Below are positions 13,041 through 25,093 of a stretch of DNA of 64,000 nt, piece by piece. The position numbers were made by a program, and so were the translations under genes. Below the pieces are notes generated by a model. The model was given only the letters and a program-made list of their open reading frames with translations. It was not told the origin of the DNA and did not search any database. Source of the stretch: Octopus bimaculoides (Eukaryota); NCBI RefSeq assembly GCF_001194135.2, contig NC_068983.1:127983121-128047120 (forward strand), read 5' to 3'. Numbering within the stretch: the stretch's first letter is position 1; each line of letters begins with the position of its first letter.

Positions 13041-13644
13041 ATTATGATAGCTGTTTCTGGGGGCTTCAAATTAAGCAATAGTTCTAATAGTGACCGATGG
13101 AGTGCGCAATAAAGTCAAGAGTATGCAACCAGTAGTGGATATCTAGAAACATTAACGTAAGATCCAGCCTCTGTTTCCAAGGTGGAGGGATTAACACTTC
13201 GGAGTGACTCCGATAATTTGAGCACTAGGAAGTGTTTTCTGTAGTGAAATCTCTGAATCTAGTCTGTTTACTTGATATATATATATATATATATATATTA
13301 GAAATATAATATTTCTAAATCTCTCAGAGAGATTTAAGCAGTAGTGGAGCGATAAAGTTGTAGTATATTGTCAACTTAATGTGACAATCCCAATAAGGGA
13401 ACGCACTACTGCCGTTTATCCCTGGGAAGCTGGACCGCTTCCTGTCGGCCTTGACACAATNNNNNNNNNNNNNNNNNNNNNNNNNNNNNNNNNNNNNNNN
13501 NNNNNNNNNNNNNNNNNNNNNNNNNNNNNNNNNNNNNNNNNNNNNNNNNNNNNNNNNNNNNNNNNNNNNNNNNNNNNNNNNNNNNNNNNNNNNNNNNNNN
13601 NNNNNNNNNNNNNNNNNNNNNNNNNNNNNNNNNNNNNNNNNNNN

Positions 13645-13800
13645 TATATATATATATATCAACAGACGATATCAAGAGATTTTACAATCATATATAACGT
13701 TTCGAGCCTACGCTCTTCCACAGAAAGGAATACAGAAAGAAACAAGGAAAGACAAAAAAATGTGCGTAGTGTTCAGCGATCTGTCATGGCGATCTATCAT
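13645..13800 (-). repeat. Penelope-type terminal repeat with degenerate hammerhead-like core
   Basis: Reverse complement CTGTGGA-A-GAGC-GTAG-GCTC-GAAAC-GT-T (13723-13696). Confidence 0.6.
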
Positions 13801-15884
13801 ATATATATGCATGTGGGGGGGATGGCATATTGTGAGTGGCATATATACGTGTATAATTGATCACAAAATCGATAAAAAAAAATTATACCCACATAACGAA
13901 CAACAATATCGAAACAAAAATGTCGTAGTAGTTTTATATACCAATTCCTCAAATACAGCATCACATACCTTTTGCTACAAAGATATATTGCTAATATTAT
14001 CAATATATCTGCTACGCTTAACATCACAACAACACCATTTCTTAGCAACTCTAATTCAGTTTCTGTCTTGTAAGAGATTTTCGTTTCTCTGTATATTGCA
14101 AGTTCAACTTTAGTTTTTATCTGGTCTCGTAAGACTTGAAAGAATATAATTTACCTATTTCACTTTTGTATATTTCTTTAAATTTACTTGCACTAACTCA
14201 TGGCAAATTATTTGATGTTCTTCAGACTTCCACCTTTGTCACAACATGCGAATGTTTATGATCATTATCTTTATATATTCATTTACTCCTCTTCACTACT
14301 TCTAGTCCAATGGACTAAAAACCGCCATTGTTTTATTGAAAACGAATTCAGTCACAGTCTATTTGCCTGTAGATTTCTGTTATTTTGTAGCTATAAATCA
14401 AACACTGATACAAAAAAACTATACAGAATATGATACGAATCAACCATTATGTGATCCATTTACATCTGCAAAATATTTCAAGAAAACAATAGAGATGAAA
14501 GGGCAGTAGTATGAAGTAACAGTAATTTGTAATAAGATGTTTCTCTCCACACGATATCAACATGTTGCGGTTTGTTGCTCAGGTCTCACCCACAAATTTT
14601 GGCAGCCGTTCAAAGACATCATAGACGCTAGATTCTATGTGTTTTAAAAGCTTTTCTCTTAGGATTCATTGCATTGTGTATATCAACAGTGAAGAAGACG
14701 TGAATAAGATGTAACATGAAACATTATATATATATTTTTTTTTAAAAAGGCAATTCAATATCTGGTTATCAGCCCAGTCTTAATATTTAACCTTGAATAA
14801 AAATCAACATGTACTCATTATTCAGCAATACATATTCTTCAATAAGATTTTAGAGTAAAATTCAATAACTTTTATAACCGAATGAAACTGACAATAAATC
14901 GAATTATGTTCAACAATCGCAAATATTTCTTCATATACTGCAACATCATGAAGGGTTCATTAATGATATCCCTGTGTAAACACAGTGAACTCCAAATCGC
15001 AAGCACTATGCTCAGACAATTTTTATGTCTGAGAGAAAAGAGTTGCGTCAATGAAATACAGTTCTGCATGAACAACACACGCTGTTCTTAAACAAATATA
15101 GTGTTGTCTATCTGCACAAGTGTTACTCTTAAATGCACACAATAGTGTATAAGTCAACAGAAAGGCCGCCATATAAGCACAAGTGCATTAGGTCAATGTA
15201 GGTTGCTGTTAATGAGGCCTAAACATATTTGTGTTTCAGTCAAAGAATTGTTATATAAACTCAGAGATCTCTCATCCATGAAGGTTGCTGTCAAATAAAC
15301 TATGTCCAGAGAGCTACAGGGATTTCTGTCACATGAACATAGCTATAACTAAGCCACGTGTTTTATTATGAAATAAACACGCTGATCTTCCACTGACGCG
15401 TTAGCCTCATTGTCGCAATGATTACCATATACATATCAGTTTCACCTAATTACCGTACAATCCAGTAAAAAAACAGTAAAAGAATCTCTATGTCAATTAC
15501 AGACAATCATTAAGTAGCCCTCATATTAAAGCCACCTAGAACTGGCACATCATTTCATATAGTTGTAGATGTTTTAGCTCAAATATATAATGAGATTGGT
15601 ACACTTGAAAAACGTCTGATGACAAATCTGCTTTATCGATGTTTGTGTTGTTCTGAACAACAACAACAACAAAACATGTGTCTCGCATGTTTGTACTCTC
15701 CTTACTTTTGCCAGGTTTTAGCCTAAATATCACACTAAATTCCCATTATTTATCTGTTGAAATGGTTCCCATTATTTATCTATTGAAATGTGCTTCCTTC
15801 ATAACTGAATATAATAATGAATTTAAATATGTATTAATCAACATAACTTTTACTATTATAGCACAACGCTTGAGATTTTTGTGG

Positions 15885-16017
15885 AGAGCAGGGTAGTTCA
15901 TCACATGGATCCCAGTGCTCGACCACAGGAGTATTTGAACCCAGAAGGTAAAACCAGGAGAAATGCCGCGAAGCATTTTTCCTCGCGTACTAAATATTTC
16001 TGCCAGTTCGCCTCCTT
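15885..16017 (-). mobile_element. SINE family B copy, degenerate with internal deletion
   Basis: GTATTTGAAC...AAATGCCGCGAAGCATTTT...TTCTGCCAGTTCGCC parallels 25010-25090. Confidence 0.65.
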
Positions 16018-16902
16018 AGTTATTAATCAATAAAATATAAAATATAAAATACCCTTTCATTCAAGACATGGATTCAGAATCCTTAAGTTGTAGGCCATTA
16101 TGAATGGACAAACAAATAAATATAAAATCGTGCCTTCAAAGCAGTAACGTTTAAAACTGAACATGTATGTACACGCATCTACAGATTTGCACACATACAT
16201 GTAGTACTTTTGATCTGATTTCCCTTCATTGCTTCAAACGCCAACAATAACATATGTTAATTATGCTATGAGATATCCTTTAACTTCCTGTGAACGTCTT
16301 CTAACAACAGACATTTATGTAACGAAATAAAATGGGAAATTTCTAGCGGTACGGATTCACTAATCAGAAAGCAACACACACGCGGACACACACCCATGCA
16401 CGCGAATATATCTCTACGGTCATGCGTGTATGTTCGTATATAGATACATACAAAGTACATGTCGATGATATAGTGTAAACATGCTGTGGGTTCTTAACAC
16501 ACTTTTTGTTTTGTTGTAGAAATAAAATACTCTGCCTAAGCCACATCTATTTCTCTTTCTGTTGACGATAATGAGATCAACCTGACTTGGTTACCTAAAA
16601 TTTTAATTCCTCCAGACGCCACGCATTGCTTCCATTCATTAATATATGTTACCAATGATTACACTTTTACACAAATTAATGTAAAACCATTGATATATTC
16701 TATACTGCGAATACCATCACTAGAAGTGTTAACATTTCGAGTACACATCTGTTTTTCTTTTTCTGTAATATTAGCTCAATCTATCTCCCTACCTACTCTT
16801 TTTGTTTTCTGTTTACGTTTCTCACTTTAATCACTTCGCCATATATACATCACCAGCGCCCATTTCAACTGAGATAGCATTAAATTTTCTGACTCCAACA
16901 TC

Positions 16903-16955
<53 letters not shown>

Positions 16956-16982
16956 CCTCTCTCTCTCACTCTCTCTCTCTCT
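16903..16982. repeat. (CT)n microsatellite
   Basis: Directly visible. Confidence 0.98.
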
Positions 16983-18404
16983 ATGCCTCCTTTTTGTCTC
17001 TGACTTTGTCTCTCTCACTGCCATTATATATTTTTCTCTGCCTCTCTTTCTCACAACATCTTTCATTCCACATTATTCTTGACTATTGGTATTTATTCAC
17101 CTTTCTATGATTATTACACTAACCTGTTTCCTTTTTCTCTACAGAAGGGTAACGGTCTGAAACATTAGATACTTTTTTCAGAACATTTATGGCTTAACGT
17201 TTGTCGGTACTGAACATCGCCAGGTTACCTTAAAACTCTGAGTTCTTTCATTAACGATCTTTACGGCTGAGCGGGCATATTAAAGATTTTTATACTTCAG
17301 TTGTTACACTACAGTCCTTCATGGCTGAGATGTTACATGGAGGAATGAATACACAGTGTAAATAAATTAAGCTTCTTAAGTCAATTTTGTCACATTAAAC
17401 TATAGTAACCTATGTTTTATTGTTGTGAAAGAATCTGTATTTGGCTATTCGACTTGCTTGAAATAGCAGTAAAAGCCTACTAAAAATATATTTTTTTTTT
17501 TAAACATATCATTGACACATTGATGAAAAAATATAAAATACGGAAGTGCGGTAGCTACTTTCATCATTTCGATGCTCGATTGAGATAAACGCAAAATCAA
17601 CAACAATGACGTCCGAGAGATATTTACCGTCGTTAGTCATATTCGAAATGGCTGTGAAAACACAAACTAAAATACGATAAAGGTAGGACGACATCTTACA
17701 TTCAACGTGTGATGAGAGATTACATTAGGAAGTAGCGGTTGAAATACTTTGGAATATAGATCTGCTCTATTAGAGATGGCCTAGTGTTAAACAACAACAA
17801 AAAAACAAGCTATTGTCTAAATTGGTAGTGATATAATTAAATAAATTAGGATATAGATATTCTGTATGTAAGATATTGGAAATGACAGGTGGGTGAGAAA
17901 TGATGGTGCAATATTTATGAGTGTTTTACTTTTACTAGTTACTCTCTTCGATATTCCATTCTATAGTTCTTGAGGTGTAAAATCCTATTTCGCAGAAAGC
18001 GGCAGATCGATCGAAGACTACCGTCCACCAGTGTTGGTTTAATGTGGCGTAAGCCAAAGTGAGAGACACATGTTGATAGTGAACTGGTACATTCGATATC
18101 TTAGTTTTTCCCTTTCTCACTCATTTGTGACGTTATTTCATTCGAACTGTTGTTAATACAGGTCGCTGGTTTAAGGCAACGAATCGTAAAACGACATTTC
18201 TCTTCATTTCACCTTCCCGCTGTCACTTCATTTCCCATCCATAATAATATTTGTATATCTGTATATTTATATATATCACTAACACATACTTCTTTCTTCA
18301 TCCAATCAAATCATATACCTTTTCATATTATAAATTGCAGCATATATGTACGTATGTGTGTGTATGCAGAAACAAATACGTATATGTGTGTATTCTATGC
18401 AGTA

Positions 18405-18435
18405 TGTTAGATAGATAGCAACCTAGCTAGCTAGC

Positions 18436-18471
<36 letters not shown>

Positions 18472-18560
18472 AAGAAAGATGCTTACATTTATACATACAT
18501 ACAGACTTACATACATACAGACTTACATACATACAGACTTACAAACATACAGATTTACAT
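18405..18560. repeat. (GCTA/GATA)n followed by 16-bp unit ACATACATACAGACTT x~4
   Basis: Directly visible. Confidence 0.9.
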
Positions 18561-20845
18561 ACATAATCCTCCTTACATGTAGATATAGCAATGGTCGCTC
18601 TCAATTATTTCAAAATCTCACTATCTGTGTATTTATGTATGTGCATTTCAATATTATATATATATACGCACATGCACGCACACACATACACACATGATGT
18701 GATATATATGGTTACATGTAAACACCGGCGCACACACCTGAATGTGTGTATAAAATCCCTTTGTGATTAGATTAAGCATGTGCATAGTGCCTCTATGTTA
18801 TTGGTTTATTTTCTTCCACCCTTACCACTTTCCTCATAACATTCTATACTTGAAAATCCGATTTACATCTTTCCTGATACTTAATACTCTGATAAAACAG
18901 GCTGAATAACATTACAAGTCGTATACGCCAATGCAGCTTGTGCATAACTTGGAAACTACCAGTGTTAAACAGGCGAATCCCGCAAGAAAGGTTGATATCT
19001 ATGTTGTATTATAAATGTAATTCCTTAGATAATTCTTCCTTTTCGACCTGCTAATGCCTAAAATCCAACGCATAAAATATATTTTCTCTTCCACTAATTT
19101 CTAATCTTCGAATCTAAAGATAAATTGGTTAGGTTAAAGGTAAGAAATTCATTCCTAAACTTTATTATTTCCCCGCCGTGAAGGAGGAATTCGCTATGGT
19201 ATCGAAAGAATCACCGTTCTAATTAAACCGCGTACATAATATAATCCTATGTATTACTTACCCCACGTTACAAATAGGACGTTAAAGATACTGGTTAATA
19301 AAATCCTCTTCAAAATTTATATGAATGTCTCCGAAGCACAATAAAGAGACATTAATCTAACGATATCTCATTTTCCATCCTCAGCTAAGTATCCGGTACC
19401 TATGAAAGTCAATAAAAACGAATTTTATCGTATACACATCTACTTAAGTCTTTCATTTTATTTAAGCCATGCTGGAGCAAAACTCCATGTACGTTTAGAC
19501 AATAGAAATAATAGCATGGCTTTTCTTCACGATTTTCAAATCAAATTCCCTTGCAACTGGCTATCAGAAAACCTCGAAAAATTCGACAAAATCAAAACAG
19601 ATTACACAATCTAATCTAAGCTCTGCTTTAGCAAACTGTTGATAGACAGCAGGAGAATAAGATCGTTACACACATCTATTCCGTAATTCCAATAGGAAAT
19701 AAACATTTTGTAGTAAGGTAGTTTAAGTCAGACTCCTCTCTCGAACAATTCACGTTTGCCCAACATATGTATTTGCCAAGTACTTTAGACTCCTCTTATT
19801 CCACAACATGAAACCATTGTTTGAATTATGTTACATTTAGCAAACAAATAACGTCAATAGTTTCCTCGGAGGATTTTGTTTTACAGTTGTTGCATACATT
19901 GTTACGGAAGAGCATGCGACAACGAAATAAAGATCTATAACGCTTGGCTAGGAGAAATAAGGTGGTTTATATTCTTTTTGTAACTAAAAGGTGAATTTGA
20001 ATTACTTTAAAAACTTTTTTTGTATTCGTCATTCAACTCAGATTTTTAACTTATCCATTTGCTGAGGTACGATATCACCGCAATCATATCCGATAATGAT
20101 ATATTTCTTGTAATTCGTAGTAGAATTTCTGTATTTCGAATATATTTGACTAGTTTTATTTGGTAAAAGTTCACAAATAAATTTCTTATATTCCTTCATT
20201 TTTGTTTCTATGCATTTCTTAATTTTATTTTCTACAATTGTTTCATTTTAATTTGATTTTTGAACGTGTCTATGAGATATTTACTTACGCAAATGCATCA
20301 ATACTTGAACATATGTGAAGACATACATACATAAATATATATTCTTATGCACAGTTTAGAAATAAATAACTGTCTATGCGTGTGCATGTAGGAAGGCATC
20401 TCAGTGATAAATATCTCTAGATGTGAATTCTTCGAAAAACAAACAAAAACATTAGATATATTCTTCATGAAATCTTGAGCGTTTACCTGAAAATCACCTT
20501 CAGAAAAATACTATCTATCAGGTACTTCGTTATATCAGACAAATTTAGACGTTGAGAAATATATACGGCTGAAGATTGTCTTCTTTGTTTTAGAGAGGCG
20601 GCTAAATGATCTCGTCGACATTGACGTCGCTTACTCTAAGACTGTCTCTCATTCAAGAGTTGTTGTGAATAGCAACTGATTGTAACATTACAACATTTCC
20701 TAAATTATAAAGAAATCGTTTGCAAGTCCTTACTGTCTATTATCGCCATTGTAACATTAACAGTCTTGGAAATAGCCACTACCGTGCAATATCTAAATAT
20801 CTGAATATGTTCCTTCGTATTGAGTGTATGTATATATATACATAC

Positions 20846-20890
<45 letters not shown>

Positions 20891-23313
20891 TATTGATACT
20901 TATATATTTGCGTAAGTGAATGTATATGCGTATAAATAAGCAAACAATATGTATGTGTGTGTTTTTGGGCGGGGGGGGTGAGAGAGAGAGAGTGTGTGTA
21001 TATATATATAATTGCTTTTATTTTTTATCGGATGAATACAGAAAGCAAGGCGTATTAAGTCAAACGAATCCAACAATTGTTCAAAATAGAATTACGTTTG
21101 TGTATGTGCCGAACATGAATTGGCGGCACTGTTTTCTTTAACCAATTCTTTATTGATTATGATTGTAATTCAAATACAGAGACATCTTCTAAATTCGATA
21201 AAAGGAACATTTCACCTTCTACCATTTTACATTCTAAGCTAATTTTCTTATTATTTGGTCCGTCTACAGGCTCCTCTTGAAATTCAGAAAATATTTCTAT
21301 TCATACAAGACTAATATCAAGTTAATATGCTCCACCAACATATACAACTGACATTTATATTTGTCTTCTATTTATACTAATACTATGAACCTTATAGCAA
21401 CAATGTAGATAGACTTTATTGAGAGTTTAACACTTTCTCTCTACTTCCAACTGCACAATCCAATATATCTCATGTCTCCCAGCCATCTTCATACACAATA
21501 ATACACAAATACAAAGTGTTGTCGTTAATGTTGCTTCATGACTATTATAAATTAAACTTTGTGTTAAAAATGTATTCATAAACTAATGTTTATGCAGACG
21601 TTACTATGCAGGCCTTCACTAAACCGGAAAATATGTCGTGTATAAATTACACCTTCCTGGTAGTTATGTCAGTTAGTTAATTATTGATGCGCTAAGCAAA
21701 TTGAACAGGATAGAGTAATTGTACTACAGACTAGATCTGATATTGTTATTCTTTTTTAGGTATTACTAGTGGTGGCGGTGGTATTAATAGTAGCAACAGC
21801 AGAAATTTTATCGTGTAGAATGTGTGTAATCGTATATTGTCGTAAAATATAAGCGAATTTTTGTTTGATAATAATACCGTTTCATTGTAATAAGCCTGTA
21901 CATAATTTCTACCACAATCTGAGACAAGTGAATAAACAGACTTTCGAGACGTCGTCCAAATATATCCGAAACAAGTTATAGCGTTAACCTCTTGTGTGTG
22001 TGTATATATATATATTTCTCTAGTGTTTATATGCATGAAGTGTAAGTTATATTTTGAAGTAGTAGAAGCTACAGCATCTAATATACATTTATGTTATACA
22101 ACAAAGGCTACTTAAAATTACTAATTACTAAATATAACATGTGTTCCCGTGGGTTTCTATGTGTATATGAATGTATATATTTATGAATTTTGTTTTTAGA
22201 TTTATTCAACTTCTCCACAGAATAAGATTCGTTGACTAGCAAAATGGGATTAAGTTTAAGTTTCATTTAAGACAATACCCAATGTGTTTCAGTAAATAAG
22301 TCAATAAGGGCCATCCATATAGGGATAATTACAAGCCTTGTAATGTTTGACATATTTTTATTCTATCACTCATTGGTTGAAACTTGATTAAGCGATTTAG
22401 TGTCCTTAGAAATTTAATGGGAATCTTTACCATTTAATGGAAAACACAATCGCTTCTTTAGTTACATACTCTAGTGCAAATAAGATAAAAATGTACTAAT
22501 AAAATCTAAATCCTTGACATAACATAAGATGTAATATTTATATTCGCTTGGCAACTGATCTTTGCAAATATGTAAAGCTTTTGTTTGCTTTACAAGAGAA
22601 CAATATCATATTTGCTGTATTTGTATCGGATTTTATGTTTTTATGGAAGGTTTCGCTATTACTCCATATTTTCAAAGTTATAGATGCATTCTCTTTCTGC
22701 TGACTTGTTATTGCTACCATACTACACACTCAAAACACAAAGATACAAATGCATATACGTGTGTTATATATGTATACACACACGCATAAATTTATGTATA
22801 AATATGTACACACACACACACACACACGCACACATATATATATATATATATATATGTATACGTGTGTGTATAACTATATGTATTTGTGCATATATTTGCA
22901 TGTGAATATATCCGTGTATGTGTGTGGGGTATTGTTTATGGTCAGTTACGGACAAGATATTAGAGGAATAGTTGAGCAACTTAGGTATGTGTTAACGCAC
23001 TTATATCGTTCTCTGCCAGCGTATATCAAATCAGTATTTGCTTGATGATGTTATAAGGTTATATTTATTCATTGGATTTATATGCTTGAATAAACATGCC
23101 CATATACGTAGTTTTACAAATATCTTACAAATTCAGTCATTAGTTGATTGATCAGATTCGAGGAAGACACTGCAGTCTTCCATTGTTCGTTACTGGAAAA
23201 CAGTTACCATTTATATGTATCATTTGATATTTATATTCGGAAGCTTTCTATGTTTAATCAATGTATATTAGTAATAGTATATGACAGCATATATATATAT
23301 ATATATATATTCG

Positions 23314-23600
23314 GCTGAACTCGAAACAATCCAGCGAAGCTACAAGGAGAAGATTGTCTCAAACGGACATGTCAGCTAGTGGGATAGTGGGAAAGGCTGA
23401 AAACTTTAAGACCTTATTCCATAGACCGAAGGCGAGAAAGATATGCAGTAACATACATTCAGAAAATCTTGGAAGGACTTTTACCGAGCTTTATCATTGA
23501 AAGTTACAGAAACAGCAGAACTGTGTGCACTGCATATCGTTAGAGGTCCAAACATCGCTATTAAAACATACGACCATATATTGCAACATCATCAAACATT
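23314..23600 (+). mobile_element. CR1/L2-group LINE fragment, C-terminal RT region, decayed
   Basis: AELETIQRSY then, after a frameshift, WERLKTLRPYSIDRRRERYAVTYIQKILEGLLPSF, matching the LE.IQR..T / Y.ERL..L.L.SLE.RR.R signature of CR1-group ORF2 ends. Confidence 0.8.
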
Positions 23601-24861
23601 CACTAAATTCCACGTATCAGAGTAGTTTTCAAGCAGTAGTAAAGGTGAAGTAAATCTAGCGACAGTTCTACTGCATGTCCTTAATCACGCCATTCATCAA
23701 ATGCGATCCACTATAAAATCCGCTCTACCTATCCCAATATAGATGACATTGAAATATTAAATTATTCTACCAGTAATTTAGCTAAACGTATTAATGTTTC
23801 AAATGAAATATCTGAATGATTTGGTAAATGTAACATTAAGTGCATTAGTCAAAAACTTATCTGCTTGGACAGAAAATAAAACTATCTTGCAAATAATCTC
23901 CCTCGCACTTCCCAAATTTTATAGGAACTTTGTTGAGGTGAGAAATGTCAAGCTAGCAGAAAAGTATTTTCTTTTGTAGACACTTCTTACTAAAGCTAAC
24001 TTCGGTGTATGTGTTTTCCATAGGTATTATCAACAGAAATATTTTACCCTTATAGCAGTAATTTCCAATTCATATGATATCACTTATATAAAATAATCAT
24101 GTTTTAATGCTTGATGGCAGTAGTATCATTCCGAGCACGAAACGTGAGTGAAGTGGCGTCGTCATTATGACGTAATGTCTAGTGAATAATGAGTAAAGAC
24201 ATTATTTGAAATATCTACAGTATTTATTGAAAAACCAATTGATATTAAATGTCAGTGACAGTAAGCTGAAACACTTAAATACGATAAATCTAGAAAGATT
24301 ATGCATATTGACATTTTAATTTCGGTAGCTTTTATTTTAATTTCTTTTTATTTATCTTTTATTTTTCAAAAGGGAGAGATAGGCAACGTCACATACAGAA
24401 TGTCTAATATAAGTTATTATGAAATATATTTACATTTCTCTACTCACAGATAATATTTTAGAGAGAGATGAATATTATATATATCAGCTTATATGGCTAA
24501 ATAAAATTGCCACATTCTCCTCAGATACCAATCAAAATGCGTATCTTATACCTAGCCTCTATTTTCAAATACCACAAGATAAAGTGGAGCCTAGATTAAG
24601 GTGACTCCATCTTCTAGTAATAGGAATGAAATCTCCATGTGATCAAACTCAATATTTTAAAAATGCAAGAATACTATGTCAATTACATATATTTTCAGAT
24701 CGTACTCCTTTATTCCTACATCGGCTCTGATCTACAAAACATTAGGTGAAACGAAAGCAGCTTCTTTTCTATAGAGATTGAATTCCTAATTCACAATAAG
24801 GTTAATATGGATGCATACGTATATGTATGTATATATGTATTTGTATATGTATGTATATGTA

Positions 24862-25093
24862 ATTTCTTTACTACCCACAAGGGGCTACACACAGAGGGGA
24901 CAAACAAGGACAGACAAACGGATTAAGTCGATTATATCGACCCCAGTGCGTAACTGGTACTTATTTAATCGACCCCGAAAGGATGAAAGGCAAAGTCGAC
25001 CTCGGCGGTATTTGAATTCAGAACGTACCGGCAGACGAAATACCGCGAAGCATTTCGCCCGGCATGCTAACGTTTCTGCCAGCTCGCCGCCTT
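24862..25093 (-). mobile_element. tRNA-derived SINE family B, best-preserved copy
   Basis: Reverse complement reads GGCGGCGAGCTGGCAGAAACGTTAGC...TTCTGAATTCAAATACCGCCGAGGTCGACTTTGCCTTTCATCCTTTCGGGGTCGAT, with A/B-box-like motifs. At least eight diverged relatives occur in the window. Confidence 0.9.
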
